From a virus, in the IMG/VR virus record IMGVR_UViG_3300009151_000034, positions 64,001-128,000 of that record: a DNA stretch of 64,000 nt. One strand, written 5' to 3'. Position numbers and translations under genes: made by a program. Positions 27,920-37,809 of this stretch are shown one piece after another (within the stretch, counting starts at the first letter, position 1; every line of letters begins with the position of its first letter). The notes beneath the pieces were generated by a model. It was not told the DNA's origin. It saw nothing but the letters and a program-made list of their open reading frames with translations, and ran no database searches.

Positions 27920-28123
27920 TTATGCGTAAAAGTCTGTTTTAATACTAGGGGCAACAGAAACTACTAGCTGCCCATCATCATTAAAAACTTTAGCATGACC
28001 ATCATTTGTTTCTGCTTCTTTTAAGGCTTCTTCAAATGTTCCGAATCGTTTTTCTTCTACATCTAAGCCACCACCAAACCAACGGTGTGTGATAACTCTA
28101 TATATTTTTTGAAATAAATTCAA
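27920..28123 (-). CDS. hypothetical protein
   Basis: 67-aa ORF. Confidence 0.5.
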   Translation of the reverse strand: MNLFQKIYRVITHRWFGGGLDVEEKRFGTFEEALKEAETNDGHAKVFNDDGQLVVSVAPSIKTDFYA

Positions 28124-28124
28124 T

Positions 28125-29180
28125 TTACGATTCCTTACAATATTTAAGCCAAATCTTTCCGGTTTTGTTCGTGTATCGTGTTAAAGAAAATTGATTCGCC
28201 AAAACATTCAACTGAGGATATTTATAAGAATATTCAAGTTTCTTTACGATATCCTTAGTGCTAGTTGGAACAGCAGTTGTTCCCCAGGCTGCCCAAGGTA
28301 ATTCGTTAGATGAAACAACAGGAACCCCTTGGCTAATCATATCTGCCGAAACGATATTAAAAGTTTCGCTAAAACTAACTTGCAGGCCCATATCCATTTG
28401 ACCACAACATTTAAGAAACTCTTCATGAGGCAACCACCCATAATCAAACATTCTATGTCCTCGATTGTATAGATGTTGGAATAATCCACGAAGATTATGT
28501 AATATAGGTTCACCTTTCATTTCAATTCGGCCTGTATTGACATAAAAATGTAGTTTCTTATCAATATTTTCTGCGAATTGAATAGCTGCATGAGCCTGAA
28601 TCAAATGATTTTTTAAAGGTCTTACTGCACCAAAACATCCAATGTCAATATATTCTTTATCTCGATTGAATGATTTACTTTTAAAATATTGTGGATAATA
28701 ATTCGGAAGATAAATTACCCGCTCAGAAGTTTTTGCATCTGTCCAGTAATTCTTTCGTTTCAAAAAAGAAGCAATTTCTTCATAGAACCTTGGAGAATTA
28801 CATGCAATAACAATATTTTTGAAACCAGAATAATCTCCAATCCAATCCATTGCCATACCTTCACCCGCCATAAAAGGCATTTCGCTATGGAGTCGAATAA
28901 TCCATGTGACTTTAGGATGAAGTTTTTCTAGGACTGCAAATTTTGAAGGAACTACCCACAAAGCTTCAATAATAACATGAGTGGGGTTAAATTTTGTGAC
29001 TTCTCTATCGATATCGTTATTATCAACCACCACAACCAATTTACTTAATACGCCATTTTCTATAAGGTTTCTGTGGACGAATGACGCAGAATTATAAAGA
29101 CCCGTGCTGAGACCAATATGAGAGTGGACAACAGCATTATAGTCTTCGCGGCGTTTTAAAATAAACAAGACTTTTTTCAT
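28125..29180 (-). CDS. GT-B (GT4-like) glycosyltransferase
   Basis: FGAVRPLKN, SFSETFNIVSADMISQGVPVV. Confidence 0.8.
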   Translation of the reverse strand: MKKVLFILKRREDYNAVVHSHIGLSTGLYNSASFVHRNLIENGVLSKLVVVVDNNDIDREVTKFNPTHVIIEALWVVPSKFAVLEKLHPKVTWIIRLHSEMPFMAGEGMAMDWIGDYSGFKNIVIACNSPRFYEEIASFLKRKNYWTDAKTSERVIYLPNYYPQYFKSKSFNRDKEYIDIGCFGAVRPLKNHLIQAHAAIQFAENIDKKLHFYVNTGRIEMKGEPILHNLRGLFQHLYNRGHRMFDYGWLPHEEFLKCCGQMDMGLQVSFSETFNIVSADMISQGVPVVSSNELPWAAWGTTAVPTSTKDIVKKLEYSYKYPQLNVLANQFSLTRYTNKTGKIWLKYCKES

Positions 29181-29297
29181 AATATACTCATGAGATGATA
29201 GGATGTGAACAGAGGAACATTCTTATTTATCATCAAGTATATTGAATTAGTGTGACAACAGAATTAAATTTAATTATCTTTACAGACAAAGAATTTT

Positions 29298-29305
29298 TAT
29301 AAATA
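29298..29305 (+). promoter_or_regulatory. T4-type late promoter
   Basis: TATAAATA 38 nt upstream of SBP gene. Confidence 0.65.
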
Positions 29306-29343
29306 TACCACTTATAGAAATATCACTAAAAGGTGCCAGCGAG

Positions 29344-30168
29344 ATGAAAAATATCTTAGTTGCTTTAGGTTTGGTTGTTGTTTTATTATTTAATTGTTCT
29401 GCTTTAGGTCAAGTAACCCCACCAGAAATAGCAGAAATTAAAAAATCAGGTCAGCTTGTGGTAGGTATGACTAGTTTCGATAATCTTCCGTTTTATGCAA
29501 AATACGGCGATGATGTTATTGGACTAGATGCTGATATTGCTCGAAAAGTTGCACAAATACTTAACGTTAAAGTTGTTTTTCGTAGAGATGCATCAACGTT
29601 TCAAGATGTTGTTGAGCAAGTAAAACGCGGCGAATCAAATATAGCCATTTCAAAACTTAGCATAACTCCACCAAGATTGATAGCCGTAAGATTTTCAGAC
29701 CCATATGTTAAACTTCACCAGGGGTTGTTGGTCAATCGATTATGGTTGAGCGGGGCTGAAAATGGAAGGTCGTTACCAAAAGTAATGAGAAATTTTGATG
29801 GTGGGATTGCATTTATTCAAAACACTGCATATGACACATTTGCAAGAAGCAATTTTCCCAAAGCAACCTTTATGCCAAAAGAAAATTGGGAACAAGTTTT
29901 GGAGGCGGTTATCAATGGAAATGCAGCATTAGCTTATCGTGATGAATTCGAAATCAAAAGAATTTCGATTGAACGTCCAGAAAGTAATATAACAACAAAG
30001 GCCATTACATTAACCGATAGCACAGATTATATTGCAGCAGTTGTTGATTTTCGCCACACGCAATTACTAGAAATTGTTAATTTTGTGATCAAAAACGATT
30101 TTAATGATATCGATGTGCGTAAATTGATTACGATGTATCAGGCCATGCAGAAAAAGTTAAGCAAATGA
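29344..30168 (+). CDS. amino-acid substrate-binding protein (family 3)
   Basis: Signal peptide, IKKSGQLVVG, GLDADIA, LSITPPR, FSDPY. Confidence 0.88.
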   Translation: MKNILVALGLVVVLLFNCSALGQVTPPEIAEIKKSGQLVVGMTSFDNLPFYAKYGDDVIGLDADIARKVAQILNVKVVFRRDASTFQDVVEQVKRGESNIAISKLSITPPRLIAVRFSDPYVKLHQGLLVNRLWLSGAENGRSLPKVMRNFDGGIAFIQNTAYDTFARSNFPKATFMPKENWEQVLEAVINGNAALAYRDEFEIKRISIERPESNITTKAITLTDSTDYIAAVVDFRHTQLLEIVNFVIKNDFNDIDVRKLITMYQAMQKKLSK

Positions 30169-31427
30169 TCAAAAAAACACTGACAAGTCCATTCACCATA
30201 TTATTAAGTATTACCATAGGGGTATTGGCTGGTGTCTGGTATCCTGCCGAAAGCCAATTATTTGAAGGTGTTGGTGGTATATATCTTAGTCTGTTAAAAG
30301 TCGTTGTGCTACCATTCTTGTTAGCCACGATATTAGTTGGTATCGTAAGCCTTCTTCAACGAGAAGGTGCCAGCAACATGATCAAAAAAATAATGATTGG
30401 GTTTATGCTTAGTATGGTCTTATCTGGTGCTATTGGTATTGCGGCAGTAAAATTAACATCAGGTGAAATGACTAACGAAAAGAAAATCATGCTGGGCAAT
30501 TTAGTCAATAGCAAAGATAATGGCACCAATAGTTTTGAAATGACTTTACAGGTAACAAACACCCCCGAAGAAAAAACAAATCCATTCGAAATCTTTAATA
30601 AATTCATTCCAGAAAATATCTTCCAGGCACTTAACCTAGGAGAAAGTCTAAAGGTTGTCGTATTTTGTCTTATCTTTGGTATAAGTCTTGGTAATATCAA
30701 GAGTGCCGGTCAGCAAGCAATTCTTGATATTTTAAAAACAATTCAGCAGGCATCAATTTCAATTTTCAAATTTCTCAATTATTTGTTGCCATTCGCTCTA
30801 CTTGCAATGATTTCAAGTCAAGTGGGCAAAGTAGGAATATCAATTTTTGAAATGATGTTCGAATTCATATACCAACAAGCACTAGGCGGATTGTTGATAA
30901 TTATTGTCGGAACATTAGTTATCTGGATGCGTAGTAAAGTTAGTATTTTAAAAGTAATATCAGAAGTCAAACAAACTTTAATTATTGCGGTTAGTTCAAG
31001 AAGTGCGCTTGCCTGTATCCCATATGCCCAGGATGCACTTACCAAATTAAAATTTGAAACAAATAATGTAGAATTATTGGTTCCTCTTGGCTTCACTGTC
31101 AATCGAATAGGCAGCATTTGTTATTATGCCATTGCCACGATTTTCATTGCGAACATATATGGAGTTGATCTCGGTGTATCGGGTTTGATTATAGTTTTAT
31201 TTGGAAGTATGTTAGCGGGTCTTGCATCAGCGGGAACTACAGGTGTATTGACGGTAGCAACGGTGGCGATTGTTTGTGACCTATTAAAACTACCACATGA
31301 AGCCGCTATCGTTCTTCTTATCGCAGTCGATCCGATAATGGATATGATTCGCACAGCCAGTCACGTATATGGAAACGTTGCAGTATCAAGTTTTGTTTGT
31401 TCAAAGGAATTAATTATCAAGGAGTAA
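30165..31427 (+). CDS. dicarboxylate/amino acid:cation symporter (DAACS, GltP-like)
   Basis: Multi-TM, IPENIF, SSRSALACIP, PLGFTVNRIG, VDPIMDMIRT. Confidence 0.9.
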   Translation: MIKKTLTSPFTILLSITIGVLAGVWYPAESQLFEGVGGIYLSLLKVVVLPFLLATILVGIVSLLQREGASNMIKKIMIGFMLSMVLSGAIGIAAVKLTSGEMTNEKKIMLGNLVNSKDNGTNSFEMTLQVTNTPEEKTNPFEIFNKFIPENIFQALNLGESLKVVVFCLIFGISLGNIKSAGQQAILDILKTIQQASISIFKFLNYLLPFALLAMISSQVGKVGISIFEMMFEFIYQQALGGLLIIIVGTLVIWMRSKVSILKVISEVKQTLIIAVSSRSALACIPYAQDALTKLKFETNNVELLVPLGFTVNRIGSICYYAIATIFIANIYGVDLGVSGLIIVLFGSMLAGLASAGTTGVLTVATVAIVCDLLKLPHEAAIVLLIAVDPIMDMIRTASHVYGNVAVSSFVCSKELIIKE

Positions 31428-31433
31428 TCAACT

Positions 31434-32030
31434 ATGGATTTTAAAGACACATTCTTCAAAACTTTAGAATGGGTCGGACATAATCCACTCCGTCTAGTTA
31501 TATTATTAGTCATAGGTGTATTCGGAATGGGTGCATGGTTCGTCTACACTGAAAAAGATGCATTTATGGCTTCTTATAGAGCACAGCAAGCCTTACCACG
31601 TATGAATGGCAAATATGAAGAAGCTGTAGGATTTGTTTTAAAAGAAGGCAATGCCGACATGGTTGCCATATTTGAAGTAAATCCGCTTCTTAATACAAGA
31701 AAATTGGTGTATCTTGTAATGAAAGATACAGGCAGAGTCAAATCTTACGATGGCACTGAGGTAGGTCTATTCACAAAAGACTTAGATAATAATAGAGATG
31801 TTATTGCTTTGATGAGTGGCCAAATGCCATGTAGTGATTATAAAAAACCACAAAGTTATATGGGTTTTGTTTATGTCAGAGCAGGAATAACTCATATGTG
31901 CAGAGTCAGCGTTCCACCCGATCCTAGCAAATTCATTGGACAGATATCTGTGGGTTGGAAAGTCAAACCAGAAGACGACGACGCTATGCGGACTGTAATA
32001 CGAGTTGGTTCATCAATGCTTTGGCAATAA
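31434..32030 (+). CDS. single-TM protein with large C-terminal domain; possible T4 t-like holin
   Basis: N-terminal amphipathic helix, one TM, two Cys in soluble domain. Confidence 0.4.
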   Translation: MDFKDTFFKTLEWVGHNPLRLVILLVIGVFGMGAWFVYTEKDAFMASYRAQQALPRMNGKYEEAVGFVLKEGNADMVAIFEVNPLLNTRKLVYLVMKDTGRVKSYDGTEVGLFTKDLDNNRDVIALMSGQMPCSDYKKPQSYMGFVYVRAGITHMCRVSVPPDPSKFIGQISVGWKVKPEDDDAMRTVIRVGSSMLWQ

Positions 32031-32040
32031 AGGATACACA

Positions 32041-32349
32041 ATGTTTTTTAATATTTTATTAGCTTCAAATTTGCTCTTACATAACGTAGATTATCAAAGA
32101 GCGCAAGTTCCTGCCGTCTGTGATATTGATACGGAAGTGTTTTCTAACATGAAGAGGGATGGATTTTCTCCATGGATTTACACAAAGATGGAGAAAGATC
32201 ATAACGAGTTGGTTATTATCGTGTGGAGAACACCAAATAACAATGAAATTTCTGTTACAAGAACATTAAAAGGCGAAGGTAAAACTTGCATTGTGGGATG
32301 GGGTGACAAAGATACTACTATTTTTGAACCCACACCAAAATCATATTAA
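32041..32349 (+). CDS. small exported protein
   Basis: AAGGA RBS, hydrophobic N-terminus, two Cys. Confidence 0.5.
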   Translation: MFFNILLASNLLLHNVDYQRAQVPAVCDIDTEVFSNMKRDGFSPWIYTKMEKDHNELVIIVWRTPNNNEISVTRTLKGEGKTCIVGWGDKDTTIFEPTPKSY

Positions 32350-32480
32350 CGAGGCGGCATACTTTTTTTAAGACCGGCTGCAATAATTTCATGAATCGTC
32401 CTATTGCAGCCGACACATTTCTTAGTCTGTTCGTCTATTCTACATATTTTTATACACGGCGATTCTGATGTATTTGACAA
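32346..32480 (-). CDS. DUF1289-like Cys-rich small protein
   Basis: Manual translation from TTG: [10 protein letters not shown]....[11 protein letters not shown], 44 aa. Confidence 0.7.
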   Translation of the reverse strand: MSNTSESPCIKICRIDEQTKKCVGCNRTIHEIIAAGLKKSMPPR

Positions 32481-32496
32481 TGTAATATCCTTTAAT

Positions 32497-32645
32497 AGTT
32501 TTTATGGCAGGTGAGGTATCCATCTGGTGGTTCCTAACAAGGACTAAGTGCCAGATTGCCCATTCTCCTTTTACCGAATGATCATTTCGGTTCTACCTAT
32601 ATCGCTTGCAAGTCGAGTTTGGTAGACTTTCCTTACCACAAAACT
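32497..32645 (-). ncRNA. putative multi-helix structured RNA
   Basis: TTGACT-17-TAAACT promoter at 32661-32689; terminal stem and three internal helices. Confidence 0.55.
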
Positions 32646-32694
32646 TTATTGACGACTTACAGTTTATCACTTGCGCCGATATAAGTCAATCTAT

Positions 32695-32982
32695 TTATCG
32701 TAATAGTTGTGCAATTTCTTCTTTGATGTTTTGTAAATCACGGAGCATATGGTTTGTGACAATACGTGAGTTGACGATTTCAGTTACCATACCTAGCAAT
32801 TCATTAATAGCTTTTTCTTTTTCCTCCTGAAGCGTAACAGCACGTTCTTGCAATAAATCAGCAACCGCATTAGCAAGGTTTAGACGAATATCAATTCCAT
32901 CAATTGATTTTCCTCCATTATGATACGAATATTGCCACTTAATTGCAGCCTGAATAACGTTTTCTTCAATTTCAGTGTTCAT
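32695..32982 (-). CDS. hypothetical protein
   Basis: 95 aa with GAGG RBS. Confidence 0.5.
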   Translation of the reverse strand: MNTEIEENVIQAAIKWQYSYHNGGKSIDGIDIRLNLANAVADLLQERAVTLQEEKEKAINELLGMVTEIVNSRIVTNHMLRDLQNIKEEIAQLLR

Positions 32983-33111
32983 AATATAAATCCTCTTTTT
33001 AGGCAGAAAATTATTAAACGTTTGTTACACGGCCAAAAACATAAAATCTTGCGCCATTATACAAACCAATGAGCCAAGTGTTTGTGAGAATATCATAACG
33101 ACTTACCATCT

Positions 33112-33327
33112 TCAAACTCCTTCAATAATAGGTTTGGAAATCACAAATTCAGTGTTAGAAACATAACGAGAATATTCCACTGCCTTATTTAAGGTAGGAA
33201 ACTTCTTTGATTTAACAACAGCATATCCATAATCTTTTGAACCGATATCTTTGTTGCAAATTTCATAGGTAACTTTGTATGTGTTCTTCATCTCATTTTT
33301 CTCCTGACTCTCTTTCAATACAAGCAT
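33112..33327 (-). CDS. hypothetical protein (start probably near 33291)
   Basis: AGGAG before MKNTYKV. Confidence 0.45.
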   Translation of the reverse strand: MLVLKESQEKNEMKNTYKVTYEICNKDIGSKDYGYAVVKSKKFPTLNKAVEYSRYVSNTEFVISKPIIEGV

Positions 33328-33382
33328 TATATACTATATATGTGTTGAGTCAAGAGAAAAATGACTTAGCGGAGAAGTTTTT

Positions 33383-34093
33383 TTAAGCTAGAGCCCCAGC
33401 AACTTTACCGACAGCGGAACCGAAACGATTTGCGCCAGTCCTAATTGCACCAGTAACACGATTTTTAATATTCGTAATACCAGTATCAATCTTATTAGCT
33501 AATTTGTTAGTTCCATAAACGTTTGATCTGTGAATGCTTTTAGCCAAATCTCTGTTCGCAGCAGTTTTACTTGCTGTAATTGAAGCATCACGGTGTCTTT
33601 GTTGTAATCCAGTAACTTTTGCCTTATGGAATCCGGCTTTAATCGCGCCAGAAATACCAGAAGAATTCGTAGCAGAAGTTTTCATTGCTTTTACTGCTCC
33701 CTGATATTTTTGATTTGTTGCGGCACGAGTCTTAAGAGCTTTTGCAGCAGTATTTTGTTGGCTTTTGGCACGGAATTTGGATACCATGTTACGAATACCA
33801 TGAGCAGCACCAGCAACAAAACCACCAATCGATTCATCCATCATGGCTTCGATTATTTCCATGAATAAGTCTTCGTTGATATCATAACCTGTTACGCTTT
33901 CCATAACAGCATCATTAAGTGTTGGTTGCTTATAATTTTGAATGAAGTGTTCCATCATGATCGAAGCAACATATGCGTCTTCTTCGGTCATCTCATAATC
34001 TTCGGAAAAATCATAGAGTTCTTCTGCAATAGTTTCCAAAAAATTAATGAACACGTCTTCTCTTAGTGTAATTTGTTGTTCTGTCAAGTCCAT
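33383..34093 (-). CDS. late protein, acidic N-half and basic C-half; possible head protein
   Basis: TATAAATA at 34131-34138, GGAGG RBS. Confidence 0.55.
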   Translation of the reverse strand: MDLTEQQITLREDVFINFLETIAEELYDFSEDYEMTEEDAYVASIMMEHFIQNYKQPTLNDAVMESVTGYDINEDLFMEIIEAMMDESIGGFVAGAAHGIRNMVSKFRAKSQQNTAAKALKTRAATNQKYQGAVKAMKTSATNSSGISGAIKAGFHKAKVTGLQQRHRDASITASKTAANRDLAKSIHRSNVYGTNKLANKIDTGITNIKNRVTGAIRTGANRFGSAVGKVAGALA

Positions 34094-34149
34094 AGCTAAA
34101 CCTCCATTGAAAAACGAGTTATTATAGCTATATTTATAAATAACAGAAT

Positions 34150-34226
34150 TGGTAGCCACAGTTGGATTTGAACCAACACTTTGCAGATTTTGAGTCTGCT
34201 ACCTCTGCCAATTGGGTTATGTGGCC
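34150..34226 (-). tRNA. tRNA-Leu(CAA), short variable loop
   Basis: GCAGA-CTCAAAA-TCTGC arm, CCA end. Confidence 0.88.
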
Positions 34227-34227
34227 G

Positions 34228-34596
34228 TTACTTCAATCCTCGGTGTAATACGGCAGATTTATAACTGATTGCTTCAAAAAAGTCAAGCAGTGTTTTCATT
34301 GTAAGGGTTGGATCAGCATTACCACACATAAACACATCAACGGCAGCGAAACCTTTTTCTGGCCATGTATGAACTGACATATGTGATTCTGCAAGAACAA
34401 CAACACCAGTATAACCCATTCCTTCACCAAAATGATGCCAGTTTGCAGTTATGACAGTGGCACCAGCTTCTTTGGCTGCGGATTCAAAAATAATTCCTGC
34501 TTTATCCATATCGAAAAACGAGGTATTATTTATTTCACCCCAGATATCAATCATAAGATGGAATCCTAGTGATGGGTTATCTTCGATGTTTTGCAT
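34228..34596 (-). CDS. speD: S-adenosylmethionine decarboxylase proenzyme family
   Basis: GVVVLAESHMSVHTWPE..AAVDVFMCG. Confidence 0.9.
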   Translation of the reverse strand: MQNIEDNPSLGFHLMIDIWGEINNTSFFDMDKAGIIFESAAKEAGATVITANWHHFGEGMGYTGVVVLAESHMSVHTWPEKGFAAVDVFMCGNADPTLTMKTLLDFFEAISYKSAVLHRGLK

Positions 34597-34783
34597 TATT
34601 CATAACCTTTAAAAAATTTCATGTTGCCACATTTTTCACATCGAAGAATAAATTTTTTACCTATAACTACATCATCGTCGTTTAAAACTGTGCGTTCTTC
34701 ATGGACAATCCATTTATGAAAACATCCATGTAGTAAAAAATCAATAATTCTTTTCATAGTTTTTCCAAACTTTAAATGATAAA

Positions 34784-34859
34784 TGGTGCCGGTTGCAGGA
34801 CTTGAACCCACCGCCTGAAGTTCACAAAACTCCTGCTCTACCAGATGAGCTAAACCGGC
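34784..34859 (-). tRNA. tRNA-Thr(TGT)
   Basis: GCCGGTT acceptor, TTTGTGA loop, CCA end. Confidence 0.85.
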
Positions 34860-34869
34860 GACACTTTAT

Positions 34870-36810
34870 TTAACTTCTTGTAATTTTAACATTGGGATTT
34901 TTTTTACCAGAAACTGGAACTTTTGCTTTTGCTTTTGCTTTTTTTGCTTTATTGACAACTTGATTAGGTTGTGGAGCAACATATTTTTTACCGCGAGCTT
35001 CTTCTTGATCTTCTGGCTTATCAATTTCATATTCGCCATTATGATGAACCGCATGTTCTATATGTTCGCCACCAACATGATGAGTGAAATTGGAATGATG
35101 TTGAACATCACTTGTGGATTCGGTTGGCGTTGTGGCAATAATGCCCCCAGCTATTTTTTTATTTTTAGTTTTGAATCTCTTACTATCAGGGGGCAAGAAT
35201 TCATTATCTTTAAATCTAGAATCAGTTGGAATCATATGTGGCGAACCATCATCATTCTTACCTACCTGAACCAATCTAGGATGAAGAATGTGTTGTTTTT
35301 GATAATCATAACGTCTGGACACACCATCATCACCAGTAATGGTTTTATGTCCATAATGAGCCTTGTCCGGTGTTGTTGGTTTCCCGTTTCCATCAAAATG
35401 TCCTTCTGGACCTTCTGCTTTTTCTGCTTGTGAAAGATCGCGGTCTTCTCTGCCGTGTGACCAATATTTTGCATGAGTTACATTTTTTTCGAATGCTTTT
35501 GCTTCATCACTTCCACGTTTTAGGTTTGTTACCATATAAGAATTCTTAGGTGGAACTTTCTTACCTTCGTCATTTACCAAATCTTTACCACTCGTATCTG
35601 TTGCAGAAATGGTCTGGCGAATTCTTTGCATATCTTTATTTCTGCGAGCATTTTCTGGAACTTCGCCTTGGTCAATCGAATTTTTACCAGAAGTAGCGTT
35701 ATGTTCATTTCTTTGTGGTTTTACTTTTGGACCAGTATTTGAATATGTTACATGCCAATTATTTTCAGGATCATGCATTTCATTGGTCTTACCATACGAA
35801 TTACCTATGATTGGTGGCTTACCTTCTTCTGCACGTTGAGAATTAAGATGTTTAATCGCATGTCTTGAACTTCTATCAGTTTCATCTACAACATTTGGTC
35901 GGAACAAGAAACGCTTGTTTTTCTTATCAGCATGTTCAGCACGTTTGCGAAGAGAATGCGTGTGAGCTAAAATCCAATCATTAGTCATTGCAGGATCGTG
36001 TTTTGCTTGCTCATGTGCTGCTCTACGAACTGCTGCACCAGTATATTGGGATTCCGCTTTTGGTGCAAAACATGTGCCTTTGCTAGTATCAGCAACACCA
36101 GCATGATTAATTCCGCCGCCGCAACCTTCAGTTTGTGCAGGGCATGTGTTTAGAATATGTTGTTTTTGGTCTGCACCATGACCAGAAGTATATACAGCAT
36201 GACCAGCAACGCCTTTAGATGATGCTGCTTCAAAAGAACGTCCTTGTTCATCATGTTCATTTTGGACAGTATCAGTTTTTTCGCCTTCGTCCGTGGTATC
36301 TTTACTATCTAGATGCCCAGCAGCATGAAGACGCGCGATTGCTTCTTTTTCTAGTCTTAATTGTTCTTTTTTTGGTTTGGTAAAATGATCATCAAGAGTT
36401 TTTTTATGTTGTTCTTCAATTTGATTGATCGTCAGTGGAGCACGATGTTCGCCACCATAAACTGATGCGCGCATTTCATTACGCTCATTCATACCTTTAT
36501 AATGTTCGCCTGATGATGATTTACCACCAACCCACATATGTCTTGGGACTGAAATACTAGAAGCTCTACCAGCACCGCCATCTCGTGTAATGAGCAAACG
36601 ATTTTGGTTTGTGGGGTCTTTTTCAACAGATTCATAGATAGAACGAGATGCTTGTCCTCCATAAGGAATATAATCATTAACGCCAAAAAGCATGTTTTGC
36701 ACATGATGCTCTTGAGTGAATTTTGGATTATTTTCACACGTAGAAATTGTATGGTATTCTCCAGTTCTGTGTGATGTAGATTCAACAAGATAATTTCTGA
36801 ATGAAATCAT
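34870..36810 (-). CDS. His-rich late protein with Gp88-like Cys domain and capsid-targeting-like N-terminus
   Basis: MISFRNYLVE; NTCPAQTEGC..TCFA, FRPNVVDETD, NWHVTYS, DSRFKD; TATAAATA at 36861-36868. Confidence 0.55.
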   Translation of the reverse strand: MISFRNYLVESTSHRTGEYHTISTCENNPKFTQEHHVQNMLFGVNDYIPYGGQASRSIYESVEKDPTNQNRLLITRDGGAGRASSISVPRHMWVGGKSSSGEHYKGMNERNEMRASVYGGEHRAPLTINQIEEQHKKTLDDHFTKPKKEQLRLEKEAIARLHAAGHLDSKDTTDEGEKTDTVQNEHDEQGRSFEAASSKGVAGHAVYTSGHGADQKQHILNTCPAQTEGCGGGINHAGVADTSKGTCFAPKAESQYTGAAVRRAAHEQAKHDPAMTNDWILAHTHSLRKRAEHADKKNKRFLFRPNVVDETDRSSRHAIKHLNSQRAEEGKPPIIGNSYGKTNEMHDPENNWHVTYSNTGPKVKPQRNEHNATSGKNSIDQGEVPENARRNKDMQRIRQTISATDTSGKDLVNDEGKKVPPKNSYMVTNLKRGSDEAKAFEKNVTHAKYWSHGREDRDLSQAEKAEGPEGHFDGNGKPTTPDKAHYGHKTITGDDGVSRRYDYQKQHILHPRLVQVGKNDDGSPHMIPTDSRFKDNEFLPPDSKRFKTKNKKIAGGIIATTPTESTSDVQHHSNFTHHVGGEHIEHAVHHNGEYEIDKPEDQEEARGKKYVAPQPNQVVNKAKKAKAKAKVPVSGKKNPNVKITRS

Positions 36811-36882
36811 AATTGATATATTCCTTTAAAAAATAGGATTTTATAAAAAGTGTTCTAGGCTATTTATACAATCTAAAATTTA

Positions 36883-37167
36883 TTAGCTGTCATCTTTAGG
36901 TTTATCGGTGTCAATGGTTTCCCATGTTGTTGTCACAATTTTCTTGAGACGACCAGCAGTTTTACAGGCATAACAATCGTGCCATTCGGTTTCATAATAA
37001 CGATTCCGATAATCAACTAGATTTTCATAGCTGATATATCCAACACCATTACATCTATCGCAAATAATAATAGATGATTCAATTTTTGGTTCTAATTTTG
37101 GTGTTCCCAATGTAGGCACTATCTCAGTCCTCCCAATCACGGTGGGCTGGCTTAACACGTCGAACAT
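36883..37167 (-). CDS. DnaJ-type zinc-finger small protein
   Basis: CDRCNGVG and CYACKTAG. Confidence 0.6.
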   Translation of the reverse strand: MFDVLSQPTVIGRTEIVPTLGTPKLEPKIESSIIICDRCNGVGYISYENLVDYRNRYYETEWHDCYACKTAGRLKKIVTTTWETIDTDKPKDDS

Positions 37168-37403
37168 TCTTTTTTTTGTCGTTCTTAGAAAAATCACGCT
37201 CATTAGACCAACCTTCACAATTATAACTACAAAAATTATCATTGTCGTCATTACGTGTAATATTAGACCGAATAGCGGATCGATTTTGGCAGGCGCATTC
37301 CATAGTTTTACTTTTCCTAAAAAGTTTCAAAAATACACCAGAGGGTCATTCCCGTCTGATGAAACCAATATAGCATGGGAGATTTGGGTGTGTCAAGCGA
37401 AAA

Positions 37404-37567
37404 ATTTACGGCACCATCAACTCTCTTACGGGAGAGCATTGATATTGGATTTACCCACTCTGGATTTTACCCAGTTCAACAAAAACTTTTCTAGGATATC
37501 ACACTGGTTTTTGTCTTCCTACATTCTATTTGATGCGCGGTCAAAAGGTAATGTAAGTGCCATAAAT
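37404..37567 (-). ncRNA. putative multi-branch structured RNA downstream of tRNA-Ser
   Basis: 11-bp closing stem with G-U on minus strand and five internal hairpins. Confidence 0.6.
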
Positions 37568-37577
37568 CATTATAAAA

Positions 37578-37667
37578 TGGAGGAAAGGGTGGGATTCGAA
37601 CCCACGACACCGATGAAGGTGTATCGGTTTTCAAAACCGAGGTAATAGGCCGCTCTACCACCTTTCC
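37578..37667 (-). tRNA. tRNA-Ser(TGA)
   Basis: Long variable arm, TTTGAAA loop, CCA end. Confidence 0.92.
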
Positions 37668-37733
37668 AATTGCTAACCTCGTTTTGTATAATAGTCTTAT
37701 CTTTTTTGCTATTATACAAAACGAGTGCTTATG

Positions 37734-37807
37734 CTTCCTAGCCTGGACTCGAACCAGGGACATTCTGATTAACAGTCAGATGCTACTACCAACTGAGCTA
37801 CTAGGAA
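37734..37807 (-). tRNA. tRNA-Asn(GTT)
   Basis: TCTGA-CTGTTAA-TCAGA arm. Confidence 0.9.
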
Positions 37808-37809
37808 TC

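Noticed and set aside
32497-32645. Assignment as cobalamin riboswitch or RNase P RNA
   Set aside because: Only fragments match (GGAAAGTC, CCTGCC); the B12 box and the RNase P 3' conserved region are not recognisable.
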